Source: an uncultured Lachnospiraceae bacterium (GTDB lineage: Bacteria > Bacillota > Clostridia > Oscillospirales > CAG-272). Taken from it: a stretch of DNA of 64,000 nucleotides. The DNA is taken from positions 12,917-76,916 of the forward strand of contig CAZBAR010000004.1 of NCBI GenBank assembly GCA_964490165.1, given 5' to 3'. Below, in pieces: positions 1 to 8,302 of the stretch. Each line of letters starts with the position of its first letter. Within the stretch, counting starts at the first letter, position 1. The notes beneath the pieces were generated by a model. It made no database searches, was not told the origin of the DNA, and saw only the letters and a list, made by a program, of their open reading frames with translations. The translations under genes and the position numbers were made by a program.

Positions 1-376
1 ATCTTTCTTCTCCCCATGGCTCCGTTGTATCTACGCTGAACAAAATTTCATAGCTTTCCGGCGGTGTTTCGGAATACAGGCTGAATATTTTATCTAACAT
101 CATATTGGTACGCTCCTTTCGTGCGTATACGATATTTTTTATGGTTTCGTGTGACAGATAATACTCCTTCGCAAGATCGTCTATAGATCTTCCCGCTGCA
201 AAGGCACGCCGCAAAGCGGAGTTTCTGTCGTCGATATTTCGGCGCATTCCGGTGCGCTCTCCCCACGGGCGGCGGGTACTGGAGCACGGCACGTAGATAA
301 GCTTTCCGGCGGCGTATTTTTCCACCTCGGCGTAAAGCTGGGGCGGGAGAACATTCTTTGCGTTTTCGTATTTCAT
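1..376 (-). CDS. small HTH DNA-binding protein, CD3324/Mor-like; C-terminus runs off the window edge
   Basis: Hand translation from ATG at 376 gives MKYENAKNVLPPQLYAEVEKYAAGKLIYVPCSSTRRPWGERTGMRRNIDDRNSALRRAFAAGRSIDDLAKEYYLSHETIKNIVYARKE..., open to position 1. It is absent from the ORF track because no stop is reached. The N-terminal motif resembles clostridial CD3324-family proteins. Confidence 0.5.
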   Translation of the reverse strand, partial: MKYENAKNVLPPQLYAEVEKYAAGKLIYVPCSSTRRPWGERTGMRRNIDDRNSALRRAFAAGRSIDDLAKEYYLSHETIKNIVYARKERTNMMLDKIFSLYSETPPESYEILFSVDTTEPWGEER

Positions 377-517
377 AATCGTATCACATCTTTCTGTGGT
401 TTATTTAGCGGATCCATCTGCGCAGACGGTGCAGACCTTTGTCTGTGATATCAGTATAGCATAAAAGGTTAGGGATTAATATAATTAAAACTTATAAATA
501 AATTCTCAGTAAAGAAA

Positions 518-535
518 CCCCCGCCGAAGCGGGGG
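518..535 (-). terminator. intrinsic terminator downstream of paralog 1
   Basis: Hairpin CCCCCGC-cgaa-GCGGGGG. On the minus strand it is followed by TTTCTTT. It lies 75 nt after the stop at 611. Confidence 0.6.
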
Positions 536-610
536 TGGATGAAAAAACGGCAATTGGCCGCGAGCCTTGAATAAGGCGCGGACCATCTGTTGTGCCGCCT
601 TTTCGCTTGT

Positions 611-3073
611 TTAATAATTGATAGTATAAGAACCGAACGCTATTTCTGTGGGCTCGGGAGTGCCGTCCTTTATTTCAGGTACTCTTTCTCCGGTAAGGAA
701 GAAGTTGTTTATTATGTCTCTGCTGCTCGCATTATAAGAGACCTTGGAGCCGCTTACAATACGGTAGACCTGTATAATAGGCGCCTGGTCAAAGGTTATA
801 GTTTCAGGAATTGAGAATACACCGGCATTGTCATACGGTCTGATGCCTTTTTCCTTAACATAGTTCCACATTGCGGTGCAGCGCTCCTCGTACAGCGCCT
901 TTGTCTCGGCGGTCGCTTTTTCGCCCGCGTAAACATCATTGTATACATAGGAGAGTCCGAGAAAATCAAAGAGATAAATTATTGTTTCAAGTCTTGCCTT
1001 GTACTCGGGCTTGTCAGCCAGCTCAAGCGCGGTGGTAAGAAGCGTTCTCATCTCCTCATAATGTGCTCTCATATAGTTGGGAGAGTACATATCGGCAGGC
1101 TTGTCAAAGTTTGAGATAAAGCAGGTTCCGCAGGTCTTAGCAGCCTCGTTCTGCATCAGGATGTACTGGAACAGCTGTTCATAGCCGTCGCCGTAGTACA
1201 TATAAAGGTATTCCTTCATATAGTCGCAGTACTGATCGAAGGTCATTTGGGGTTCCCACATCATCTTCATTACCAGATATGCCTTCAGTGTACCGAAGTT
1301 GTAGGTTCCGCCGCCGCCCTCGTAATAGATACCGCGAACATTAGCCTCGTTGTAAAGGAACTGAACATCGTAGTAGAGGTTGAGGATGTTAGGCATACCT
1401 ACCATCTGATAGCCGTACTGAACGCCGTAGTACCAGTACCACATTTCAGCACCGGTCTCTTTGCACAGCTCACCCCATGCGATAAGGGATGCATTCGTTT
1501 TAACGTTATTTTCCTTTTTATCGGGTCTCTGTCCCATGCAGGTTCCGCAGTCATCAGTGCCGAGATAGTGGTTGTTACAGCCCTGACCGCAGTAGAATAC
1601 GATAACGTTTTTGTCGGGCTTTACTGTTTTGGGTATATCATGGTTGTAGAGGATGCAGTGCACGCGCAAGCCGGCGTATTTTCCGTTGTCATATGTCTGA
1701 AGGTCTCTTGCAGCGCGGTTTGCGAGGTCGATATACAGACCGGAGGCACCCTCGCTTGCTGCCTTAACTCTGCACTTTGAGCAGGTGCAGTAGCTTTCAT
1801 TGTCGCACAGTGAGAAAGATATTGTCTTCTGACCTTCTTCAACGTATTTTCTTGCTCTGCCTGTAAAATCGTAGCAGGCAGAGCGCCATCCGTCACACAG
1901 CATATTGATAGTATCTATCATACCGTTATAAAGGTTTTTATAGCTTGATTCGGAGGAAGCGCAGGGCTGCCAGTTTAATGGATCAAGCTTGGGATCGGCA
2001 TTCCACTTTTCACGGCCCTCTGCAAGCTTTGCCGCATATTTGTCACTCAGGGGCATATTTTCATCAGTGGGCATTGTACCGAGGCTCATCTGCCAGTAAT
2101 AGTCATAGGAATGAGCATTGATGAACTGAGGACCGTAAAGGGTACCGAACTGTGCAGAATCGTTAGTATATATCTGTGTTCCGTTCATTCTTGAAGGGAG
2201 GTAGTATACCTGTGCGTTGTCTCCTTTGACGGTTTCTCCGCAGAATCTGAAGGTCATGGCAGGGATAACGATATCGGTATCAAGACCTTCAGGAATGTCC
2301 ACGGTTCTTGACTTGTAGATAAATGTGTGGTCGTTGTCATAGAAGCGGTAGCCGAGATAATCTTCAAGTATCTCGTAGATAGCGTACATATTACCTCTGT
2401 AGGTACCGTAAACATAAAGGCTGCCGTTTTCTACCTTGTACTGATATCCCTCAACGCCAAGCTCCGCACCGAAATTGTATTTTTTAAGTTCAGCTTCGGT
2501 AAGCTCATCTCGCTTGTCGGGATCTACCTCGGAGATTCTGGGGATCGAATTGAAGACGATCGCGTTACCCTCAGGCTCGCCGGTCTTGACCTCAAGATCA
2601 ACGCCTGTAGCAACTCTTATGTACTTTCTTGCGATCTCAGCCGCATAGGTAGCATTGTTGTTGCTTCCTTCGGGCTCGGGTGCATAAATGGTGAAGTTGG
2701 AAATATCAACACCGCCGATGGTAAGCTTTGCAACCTGATGGTTGTCGCCCAGCTCATCTGTCGTAATGGAATCTACCATAACGGCCTTGAGGTAAAATGA
2801 GTCCTTGGAGTTGATAACACCGTCGGCTGCAAGGTCAGCAGCTTCTGAGTTTACCGCTTCCTCAACACCCTCGCGGCCCAGAATGTAGCTCTTGATAAGA
2901 TTTGAGTCCTTCATATCGATCTCGCCGTCGCCGTTGAGGTCGCCCAGAGTGAAGGTGTCGTCATAGTCGAAATTCTGATTTGCTTCCAGCTTTGCCGCGC
3001 TTGAGACAACACTCAAGCTGCCGATCAGCATGAGCAGTGCAAGGCTGATAGATAACAGTCGTTTCATTTTCAT
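611..3073 (-). CDS. secreted N-terminal-dockerin / DUF4838-like (putative glycoside hydrolase-like) protein, paralog 1
   Basis: 820-aa ORF with a signal peptide (KRLLSISLALLMLIGSLSVVSSA). Duplicated dockerin Ca-loops DLNGDGEIDMKD and DLAADGVINSKD. Then a GH20b-like segment (EGYQYKVENGSLYVYGTYRGNMYAIYEILEDYLGYRFY) and a DUF4838-type CxCxxC motif (CDNESYCTCSKCR). The true start may be the second ATG at 3067. Confidence 0.85.
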   Translation of the reverse strand: MKMKRLLSISLALLMLIGSLSVVSSAAKLEANQNFDYDDTFTLGDLNGDGEIDMKDSNLIKSYILGREGVEEAVNSEAADLAADGVINSKDSFYLKAVMVDSITTDELGDNHQVAKLTIGGVDISNFTIYAPEPEGSNNNATYAAEIARKYIRVATGVDLEVKTGEPEGNAIVFNSIPRISEVDPDKRDELTEAELKKYNFGAELGVEGYQYKVENGSLYVYGTYRGNMYAIYEILEDYLGYRFYDNDHTFIYKSRTVDIPEGLDTDIVIPAMTFRFCGETVKGDNAQVYYLPSRMNGTQIYTNDSAQFGTLYGPQFINAHSYDYYWQMSLGTMPTDENMPLSDKYAAKLAEGREKWNADPKLDPLNWQPCASSESSYKNLYNGMIDTINMLCDGWRSACYDFTGRARKYVEEGQKTISFSLCDNESYCTCSKCRVKAASEGASGLYIDLANRAARDLQTYDNGKYAGLRVHCILYNHDIPKTVKPDKNVIVFYCGQGCNNHYLGTDDCGTCMGQRPDKKENNVKTNASLIAWGELCKETGAEMWYWYYGVQYGYQMVGMPNILNLYYDVQFLYNEANVRGIYYEGGGGTYNFGTLKAYLVMKMMWEPQMTFDQYCDYMKEYLYMYYGDGYEQLFQYILMQNEAAKTCGTCFISNFDKPADMYSPNYMRAHYEEMRTLLTTALELADKPEYKARLETIIYLFDFLGLSYVYNDVYAGEKATAETKALYEERCTAMWNYVKEKGIRPYDNAGVFSIPETITFDQAPIIQVYRIVSGSKVSYNASSRDIINNFFLTGERVPEIKDGTPEPTEIAFGSYTINY

Positions 3074-3240
3074 CTGTCCTTTGATAAGATTTTGATTGAA
3101 TTTTGCTTATATAGCAATTTAACATAATAATATCATATTGTAAATATAAATTCAAGGACTTTGTTTAATATGTTCAAACAGAGAACTATTTTTGTACATA
3201 ATAGTTATATAAATTGTCTTGCTTTTGGTTAAAACATAAA

Positions 3241-3268
3241 AGCAGGCGCTCCTCGGAGCGCCTGCTTC
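3241..3268 (-). terminator. intrinsic terminator downstream of paralog 2
   Basis: Hairpin AGCAGGCGCTCC-tcgg-(G)AGCGCCTGCT with an A-run on the plus side, which is a T-run on the minus strand. Confidence 0.7.
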
Positions 3269-3278
3269 AGTTTGTCTA

Positions 3279-5609
3279 TTAAATTCCGGGTTCTGTGCCG
3301 TTAAGGAAGAATTCGTTTATCACAGCACGGCGGCTTGCATCTGAATATACGTTTCCTTGTTTGTCAACTCCTCCGTATACCTGTACGATAGGGCAGATAT
3401 CAAAGTTGATAGTTGAGGGGAAGTAGTAATATCCGCTGTCGTCGAACGCATCAAAGTTCTTTGATCTTACGTAGTTCCACATCTCAGTATAGCGCTGCTC
3501 GTACAGTGCTCTGGTTTCCTCTGTGCCGTTTGTGTACCAGTCATGGTATACATAGGAGAGTCCAAGGAAGTCAAAGAGATAAAGCAAAGTCTTGAGACGG
3601 TCTATATGCTCAGGCTTTTCTGCCATATCAAGAGCGGTAGAAAGCAGTTTTCTCATTTCCTCGTAATTCGCTCTCATATAAGAGGGAGAGTACATATCAC
3701 CGGGACGGTCGAAGTTTGAGATAAAGCAGGTTCCGCAGGACTTTCCGGCGTCGTTCTGCATCAGGATGTACTGGAACAGCTGCTCATAGCCGTCACCGTA
3801 GTACATATACAGATATTCCTTCATATAGTCGCAGTACTTGTCAAAGGACATTGTGGGCTCCCACATCATCTTCATTGCAAGATACTCTTTGAGCTTGCGG
3901 AAATTATACGAGCGTCCGCCGCTTTCGTAGTAGATACCGCGAACGTTAGCCTCGTTGTAGAGGAACTTAATATCGTAGTAGAAGTTGAGAATATTGGGCA
4001 TACCTACAAGCACATAGTGATATGTTACGCCGTAGTACCAGTACCACATTTCAGCGCCTGTCTCTTTGCACATTTCGCCCCATGCTTTAAGGGACTCGGT
4101 TGTAATAACGTTGTTTTCCTTGTTAAGCTGACCCATGCAGGTTCCGCAGTCATCAGTGCCGAGATAGTGGTTGTTACAGCCCTGACCGCAGTAGAATACG
4201 ATAAGGTTCTTGTCAGGTCTTACGGTTTTGGGAATAGCGTGGTTATAGAGAATGCAGTGTACGCGCAAGCCGGCGTATTTTCCGTTGTCATATGTCTGAA
4301 GGTCTCTTACAGCGCGGTTGGCGAGGTCGATATACAGACCGGAGGCACCCTCGCTTGCTGCCTTGACTCTGCACTTAGAACAGGTGCAATAGCTTTCGTT
4401 GTCACACAGGGAGAAGGATATAGACTTCTGACCGTATACAACCTTTTCTCTTTGAGTTGTGCGGAACTGATAGAAGTAGTGGTTCCAGCCCTCGTCTATC
4501 ATTCTGATAGTGTCTATCATACCTTCGAAAAGCTTTTTATAGCTTGACTCGGAGGTAGCGCAGGGCTGCCAGTTATATTCGTCAAGCTTAGGATCGGCAG
4601 CCCACTTTTTCTCACCGTCTGCAATCTTTGCGTTGTACCTATCGTTAAGTTTCATTGAGTCATCGTCGGGCATTGTGCCGAGGCTCATTCTCCAGTAGTA
4701 GCCGAATGAATGTGCATTGATGAACTGGGGACCGTACAAAGAGCCGTAGAAGTCTTCGGAATATCCGTTTACCTGAGTGCCGTTCATACGGGAGGGGAAG
4801 TAGTATACCTCTGCATTGCCGCCTCTTACTCCTCCGCAGTATCTGAATCTCATAGCAGGAATGAATATTTCGCGGTCAAGCCCTTCGGGGATGTCTACTG
4901 TTCTTGTCTTGTAGATAAAAGTATAATCGCTGTCATAGAAGCGGTAGCCGAGATAGTTTTCAAGTATCTCGTAGATAGCGTACATATTGCCTCTGTAAGT
5001 ACCGTAAATGTAAAGACTGCCGTTTTCTACCTTATAGGTGTAGCCCTCTTCGCCCAGCTCATCGCCGAAATCGGAAGCGCGGGGAACTGAATTGAAAACG
5101 ATAGCATGACCTTCAGGCTCGCCGGTCTTGATCTGAAGATCAACTCTGGTAGCAACTCTTATGTACTTTCTTGCAATCTCAGCTGCATAAGTAGCGTTGT
5201 TATCGTTGCTGCCCTCGGGTGTGGGTGCATAAATTGAAAACTCGGAAATATCAACGCCGCCGATAGTAAGCTTTGCGATCTGCTTGTTGTCGCCCAGCTC
5301 ATCGGTCGTGATGGATTCAACCATAACGGCTTTGAGGTAATATGAGTCCTTGGAGTTGATAACACCGTCGGCTGCAAGGTCAGCGGCGTCTGTGTTTATC
5401 GCGTCCTCAGCACCCTCGCGGCCTAAAATATAGCTTTTGAGCAGGTTTGAGTCCTTCATATCGATCTCGCCGTCGCCGTTGAGGTCGCCCAGATCGAAGG
5501 TGTCATCATAGTCAAGATGCTGATCAACGTTCAGCGCTGCACTTGATAAGGAGGAAAGGCTTCCCACCAGCATAACAAGTGCAAGACATACAGATAACAG
5601 TTTTTTCAT
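3279..5609 (-). CDS. secreted N-terminal-dockerin / DUF4838-like protein, paralog 2
   Basis: The ORF extends to 5645. The preferred start is ATG at 5609 (MKKLLSVCLALVML), preceded by AAAGGAC with 8-nt spacing. Architecture matches paralog 1. Confidence 0.85.
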   Translation of the reverse strand: MKKLLSVCLALVMLVGSLSSLSSAALNVDQHLDYDDTFDLGDLNGDGEIDMKDSNLLKSYILGREGAEDAINTDAADLAADGVINSKDSYYLKAVMVESITTDELGDNKQIAKLTIGGVDISEFSIYAPTPEGSNDNNATYAAEIARKYIRVATRVDLQIKTGEPEGHAIVFNSVPRASDFGDELGEEGYTYKVENGSLYIYGTYRGNMYAIYEILENYLGYRFYDSDYTFIYKTRTVDIPEGLDREIFIPAMRFRYCGGVRGGNAEVYYFPSRMNGTQVNGYSEDFYGSLYGPQFINAHSFGYYWRMSLGTMPDDDSMKLNDRYNAKIADGEKKWAADPKLDEYNWQPCATSESSYKKLFEGMIDTIRMIDEGWNHYFYQFRTTQREKVVYGQKSISFSLCDNESYCTCSKCRVKAASEGASGLYIDLANRAVRDLQTYDNGKYAGLRVHCILYNHAIPKTVRPDKNLIVFYCGQGCNNHYLGTDDCGTCMGQLNKENNVITTESLKAWGEMCKETGAEMWYWYYGVTYHYVLVGMPNILNFYYDIKFLYNEANVRGIYYESGGRSYNFRKLKEYLAMKMMWEPTMSFDKYCDYMKEYLYMYYGDGYEQLFQYILMQNDAGKSCGTCFISNFDRPGDMYSPSYMRANYEEMRKLLSTALDMAEKPEHIDRLKTLLYLFDFLGLSYVYHDWYTNGTEETRALYEQRYTEMWNYVRSKNFDAFDDSGYYYFPSTINFDICPIVQVYGGVDKQGNVYSDASRRAVINEFFLNGTEPGI

Positions 5610-5662
5610 TGTTATTTGTCCTTTCATTTTTTGCTTTTGCGACAATGCCGCACATTAACATA

Positions 5663-5691
5663 ATGATAACATAATGGTGTTTATTTTGCAA
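5663..5691 (-). promoter_or_regulatory. sigma-70-type promoter of paralog 2
   Basis: Minus strand reads TTGCAA-17 nt-TATCAT. An almost identical block precedes paralog 3. Confidence 0.5.
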
Positions 5692-5770
5692 TATATTTTT
5701 GTGTAAATCATTCAAAGTGTGAGGCAGAATAATATAGAGAGGTCAAAAATTTGATCTTGTATTATGGATA

Positions 5771-5797
5771 AAAAACCGCCCTTTTCGGACGGTTTTT
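5771..5797 (-). terminator. intrinsic terminator downstream of paralog 3
   Basis: AAAAACCGCCC-ttttc-GGACGGTTTTT, an imperfect stem flanked by an A-run and a T-run. Confidence 0.6.
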
Positions 5798-5807
5798 ATA
5801 GGTTAAA

Positions 5808-8141
5808 TCAAATTCCGGGCTCTGTGCCGTTAAGGAAGAATTCGTTTATTGCAGCACGGCGGCTCGCATCGGAGGTTACGTTTCCGTCTGAGTATACATG
5901 ACCGTAAACCTGTACGATAGGACAAATATCAAAGTTGATAGTTGAAGGGAAGTAATATACATTTTCCGAGCCAAACACATCAAAATTACCTGCCCTGATA
6001 TAGTTCCACATATCAGTGTAGCGCTGCTCGTACAAAGCTCTTGTCTCGTCAGTACCGTTTGTGTACCAGTCGTGGTATACATAGGAAAGGCCGAGAAAGT
6101 CGAAGAGATAAAGCAAAGTTTCAAGTCTTTCCTTGTACTCAGGCTTATCTGCAAGTTCAAGCGCTTCTACAAGAAGCTTTCTCATTTCCTCGTAATTTGC
6201 TCTCATATAAGAGGGAGAGTACATATCGCCGGGACGGTCGAAGTTTGAGATAAAGCAGGTTCCGCACTGCTTTGCGCATTCATCCTGCATTTGTATATAC
6301 TTGAATATCTGCTCATAGCCATCGCCGTAATACATATAGAGGTATTCCTTCATATAGTCGCAATACTGCTCGAAGGTCATTTTGGGCTCCCACATCATCT
6401 TCATAGCGAGATACTCTTTCAGCTTGCCCAAGTTGTAGGGGCGTCCGCCGCCATCGTAGTAGATACCGCGTACATTAGCCTCGTTGTAGAGGAACTGAAT
6501 ATCGTAGAAAAGATTGAAAACATTAGGCATACCTACAAGCACATAGTGATATGTTACGGCATAGTACCAGTACCACATCTCAGCGCCTGTCTCTTTGCAC
6601 ATTTCACCCCATGCTTTAAGGGATTCGGTTGTGATAACGTTGTTTTCCTTGTTAAGCTGACCCAGGCAGGTTCCGCAGTCGTCAGTGCCGAGACAATGGT
6701 TGTTACAGCCCTGACCGCAGTAGAATACGATAAGGTTCTTGTCAGGTCTTACGGTCTTGGGAATAGCGTGATTATAGAGAATGCAGTGAACGCGCATGCC
6801 CTTATAAATACCGTCGTTATATGTCTGAAGATCTCTTACAGCGCGGTTGGCGAGGTCGATATACAGACCGGAGGCACCCTCGTTTGCTGCCTTTCCTCTG
6901 CACTTTGAGCAGGTGCAATAGCTTTCGTTGTCGCACAGGGAGAAGGACATAGACTTCTGACCGTATTCAACTTTTTCTCTTTGAGTTGTGCGGAACTGAT
7001 AGAAGGGGTGCTCCCATCCCTCGTCTATCATTCTGATAGTGTCTATCATACCTTCGAAAAGCTTTTTGTAGCTTGACTCGGAGGAAGCGCAGGGCTGCCA
7101 GTTATATGGATCGAGCTTTGGGTCTGCAGCCCATTTTTTCTGACCGTCTGCAAGCTTTGCCGCATATTTGTCACCCAGCTTCATGTCTTCATCAGTGGGC
7201 ATTGAGCCGAGGCTCATCTGCCAGTAAAAGTCATAGGAATGTGCATTCAAAAACTGAGGACCGTACAAAGAGCCGTAGACGTCTTCGGAATATCCGTTTA
7301 CCTGAGTTCCGTTCATTCTTGAGGGGAAGTAGTATACCTGTGCATTCTGACCTGCAACAAAGTCACCGCAGAATCTGAATCTCATGGCAGGGATAAATAT
7401 TTCGCGTTCAAGTCCTTCGGGGATGTCCACGATTCTTGTCTTGTAGATAAAAGTGTAATCGCTGTCATAGAAGCGGAAGCCGAGATAATCTTCGAGTATC
7501 TCGTAGATAGCGTACATATTGCCTCTGTAGGTACCGTAAATATAGAGGCTGCCGTTTTCTACCTTATAGGTATAACCTTCTTCGCCCAGCTCATCGCCGA
7601 AATCGGAAGCGCGGGGGATAGAGTTGAATACGATCGCATTCCCTGTCGGCTCTCCTGTTGTGATCTGAAGATCAACGCCTGTAGCAACTTTTATGTAATT
7701 TTTCGCGATCTCAGCTGCATAAGTAGCGTTGTTATTGAAGCTGTTCTCGGGTGTGGGTGCATAAATGGTGAAGTTTGAAATATCAACGCCGCCGATAGTA
7801 AGCTTTGCAACCTGATGGTTGTCGCCAAGCTCGTCGGTCGTGATAGATTCAACCATAACGGCTTTGAGGTAATATGAGTCTTTGGAGTTGATAACACCGT
7901 CAGCTGCAAGGTCTGCGGCTTCTGAGTTTATCGCGTCCTCAACACCCTCGCGTCCTAAAATATAGCTCTTGATCAGGTTTGAGTCCTTCATATCGATCTC
8001 GCCGTCGCCGTCGAGGTCGCCTAAAGTGAAGGTATCGTCATAATCAATATGCTGATTAGCGTTCAGCGCTGCGCTTGATAAGGTGGAGAGGCTTCCTATC
8101 AGCATAACAAGCGCAAGACATACAGATAACAGTTTTTTCAT
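5808..8141 (-). CDS. secreted N-terminal-dockerin / DUF4838-like protein, paralog 3
   Basis: The ORF extends to 8171. The preferred start is ATG at 8141 (MKKLLSVCLALVML). Same domain order and Cys motifs as the other paralogs. Confidence 0.85.
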   Translation of the reverse strand: MKKLLSVCLALVMLIGSLSTLSSAALNANQHIDYDDTFTLGDLDGDGEIDMKDSNLIKSYILGREGVEDAINSEAADLAADGVINSKDSYYLKAVMVESITTDELGDNHQVAKLTIGGVDISNFTIYAPTPENSFNNNATYAAEIAKNYIKVATGVDLQITTGEPTGNAIVFNSIPRASDFGDELGEEGYTYKVENGSLYIYGTYRGNMYAIYEILEDYLGFRFYDSDYTFIYKTRIVDIPEGLEREIFIPAMRFRFCGDFVAGQNAQVYYFPSRMNGTQVNGYSEDVYGSLYGPQFLNAHSYDFYWQMSLGSMPTDEDMKLGDKYAAKLADGQKKWAADPKLDPYNWQPCASSESSYKKLFEGMIDTIRMIDEGWEHPFYQFRTTQREKVEYGQKSMSFSLCDNESYCTCSKCRGKAANEGASGLYIDLANRAVRDLQTYNDGIYKGMRVHCILYNHAIPKTVRPDKNLIVFYCGQGCNNHCLGTDDCGTCLGQLNKENNVITTESLKAWGEMCKETGAEMWYWYYAVTYHYVLVGMPNVFNLFYDIQFLYNEANVRGIYYDGGGRPYNLGKLKEYLAMKMMWEPKMTFEQYCDYMKEYLYMYYGDGYEQIFKYIQMQDECAKQCGTCFISNFDRPGDMYSPSYMRANYEEMRKLLVEALELADKPEYKERLETLLYLFDFLGLSYVYHDWYTNGTDETRALYEQRYTDMWNYIRAGNFDVFGSENVYYFPSTINFDICPIVQVYGHVYSDGNVTSDASRRAAINEFFLNGTEPGI

Positions 8142-8188
8142 TGTTATTTGTCCTTTCGTTTTTTGCGGCAATGCCGCACATTAGCATA

Positions 8189-8217
8189 ATGATAACATAA
8201 TGATGTCTGTTTTGCAA
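8189..8217 (-). promoter_or_regulatory. sigma-70-type promoter of paralog 3
   Basis: Minus strand reads TTGCAA-17 nt-TATCAT. The block is near-identical to 5663..5691. Confidence 0.5.
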
Positions 8218-8263
8218 TATATTTTTGTATAAATTATTCAAAATTTTGGTCTTGTATTACGGA

Positions 8264-8293
8264 TAAAAAACCGCCCTTTCGGGCGGTCTTTTT
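8264..8293 (-). terminator. intrinsic terminator downstream of paralog 4
   Basis: AAAAAACCGCCC-tttc-GGGCGGTcTTTTT. Confidence 0.7.
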
Positions 8294-8302
8294 AAGTGTA
8301 AA

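Noticed and set aside
1247-1780. Long plus-strand ORFs antisense to each DUF4838 paralog (1247..1780, 2327..2800, 4017..4547, 6291..6908, 8786..9085 and others).
   Set aside because: They are shadow ORFs on the opposite strand of clearly coding genes. They recur only because the paralogs share nucleotide sequence. Their composition is Val/Ala/His-rich with no SD sites.
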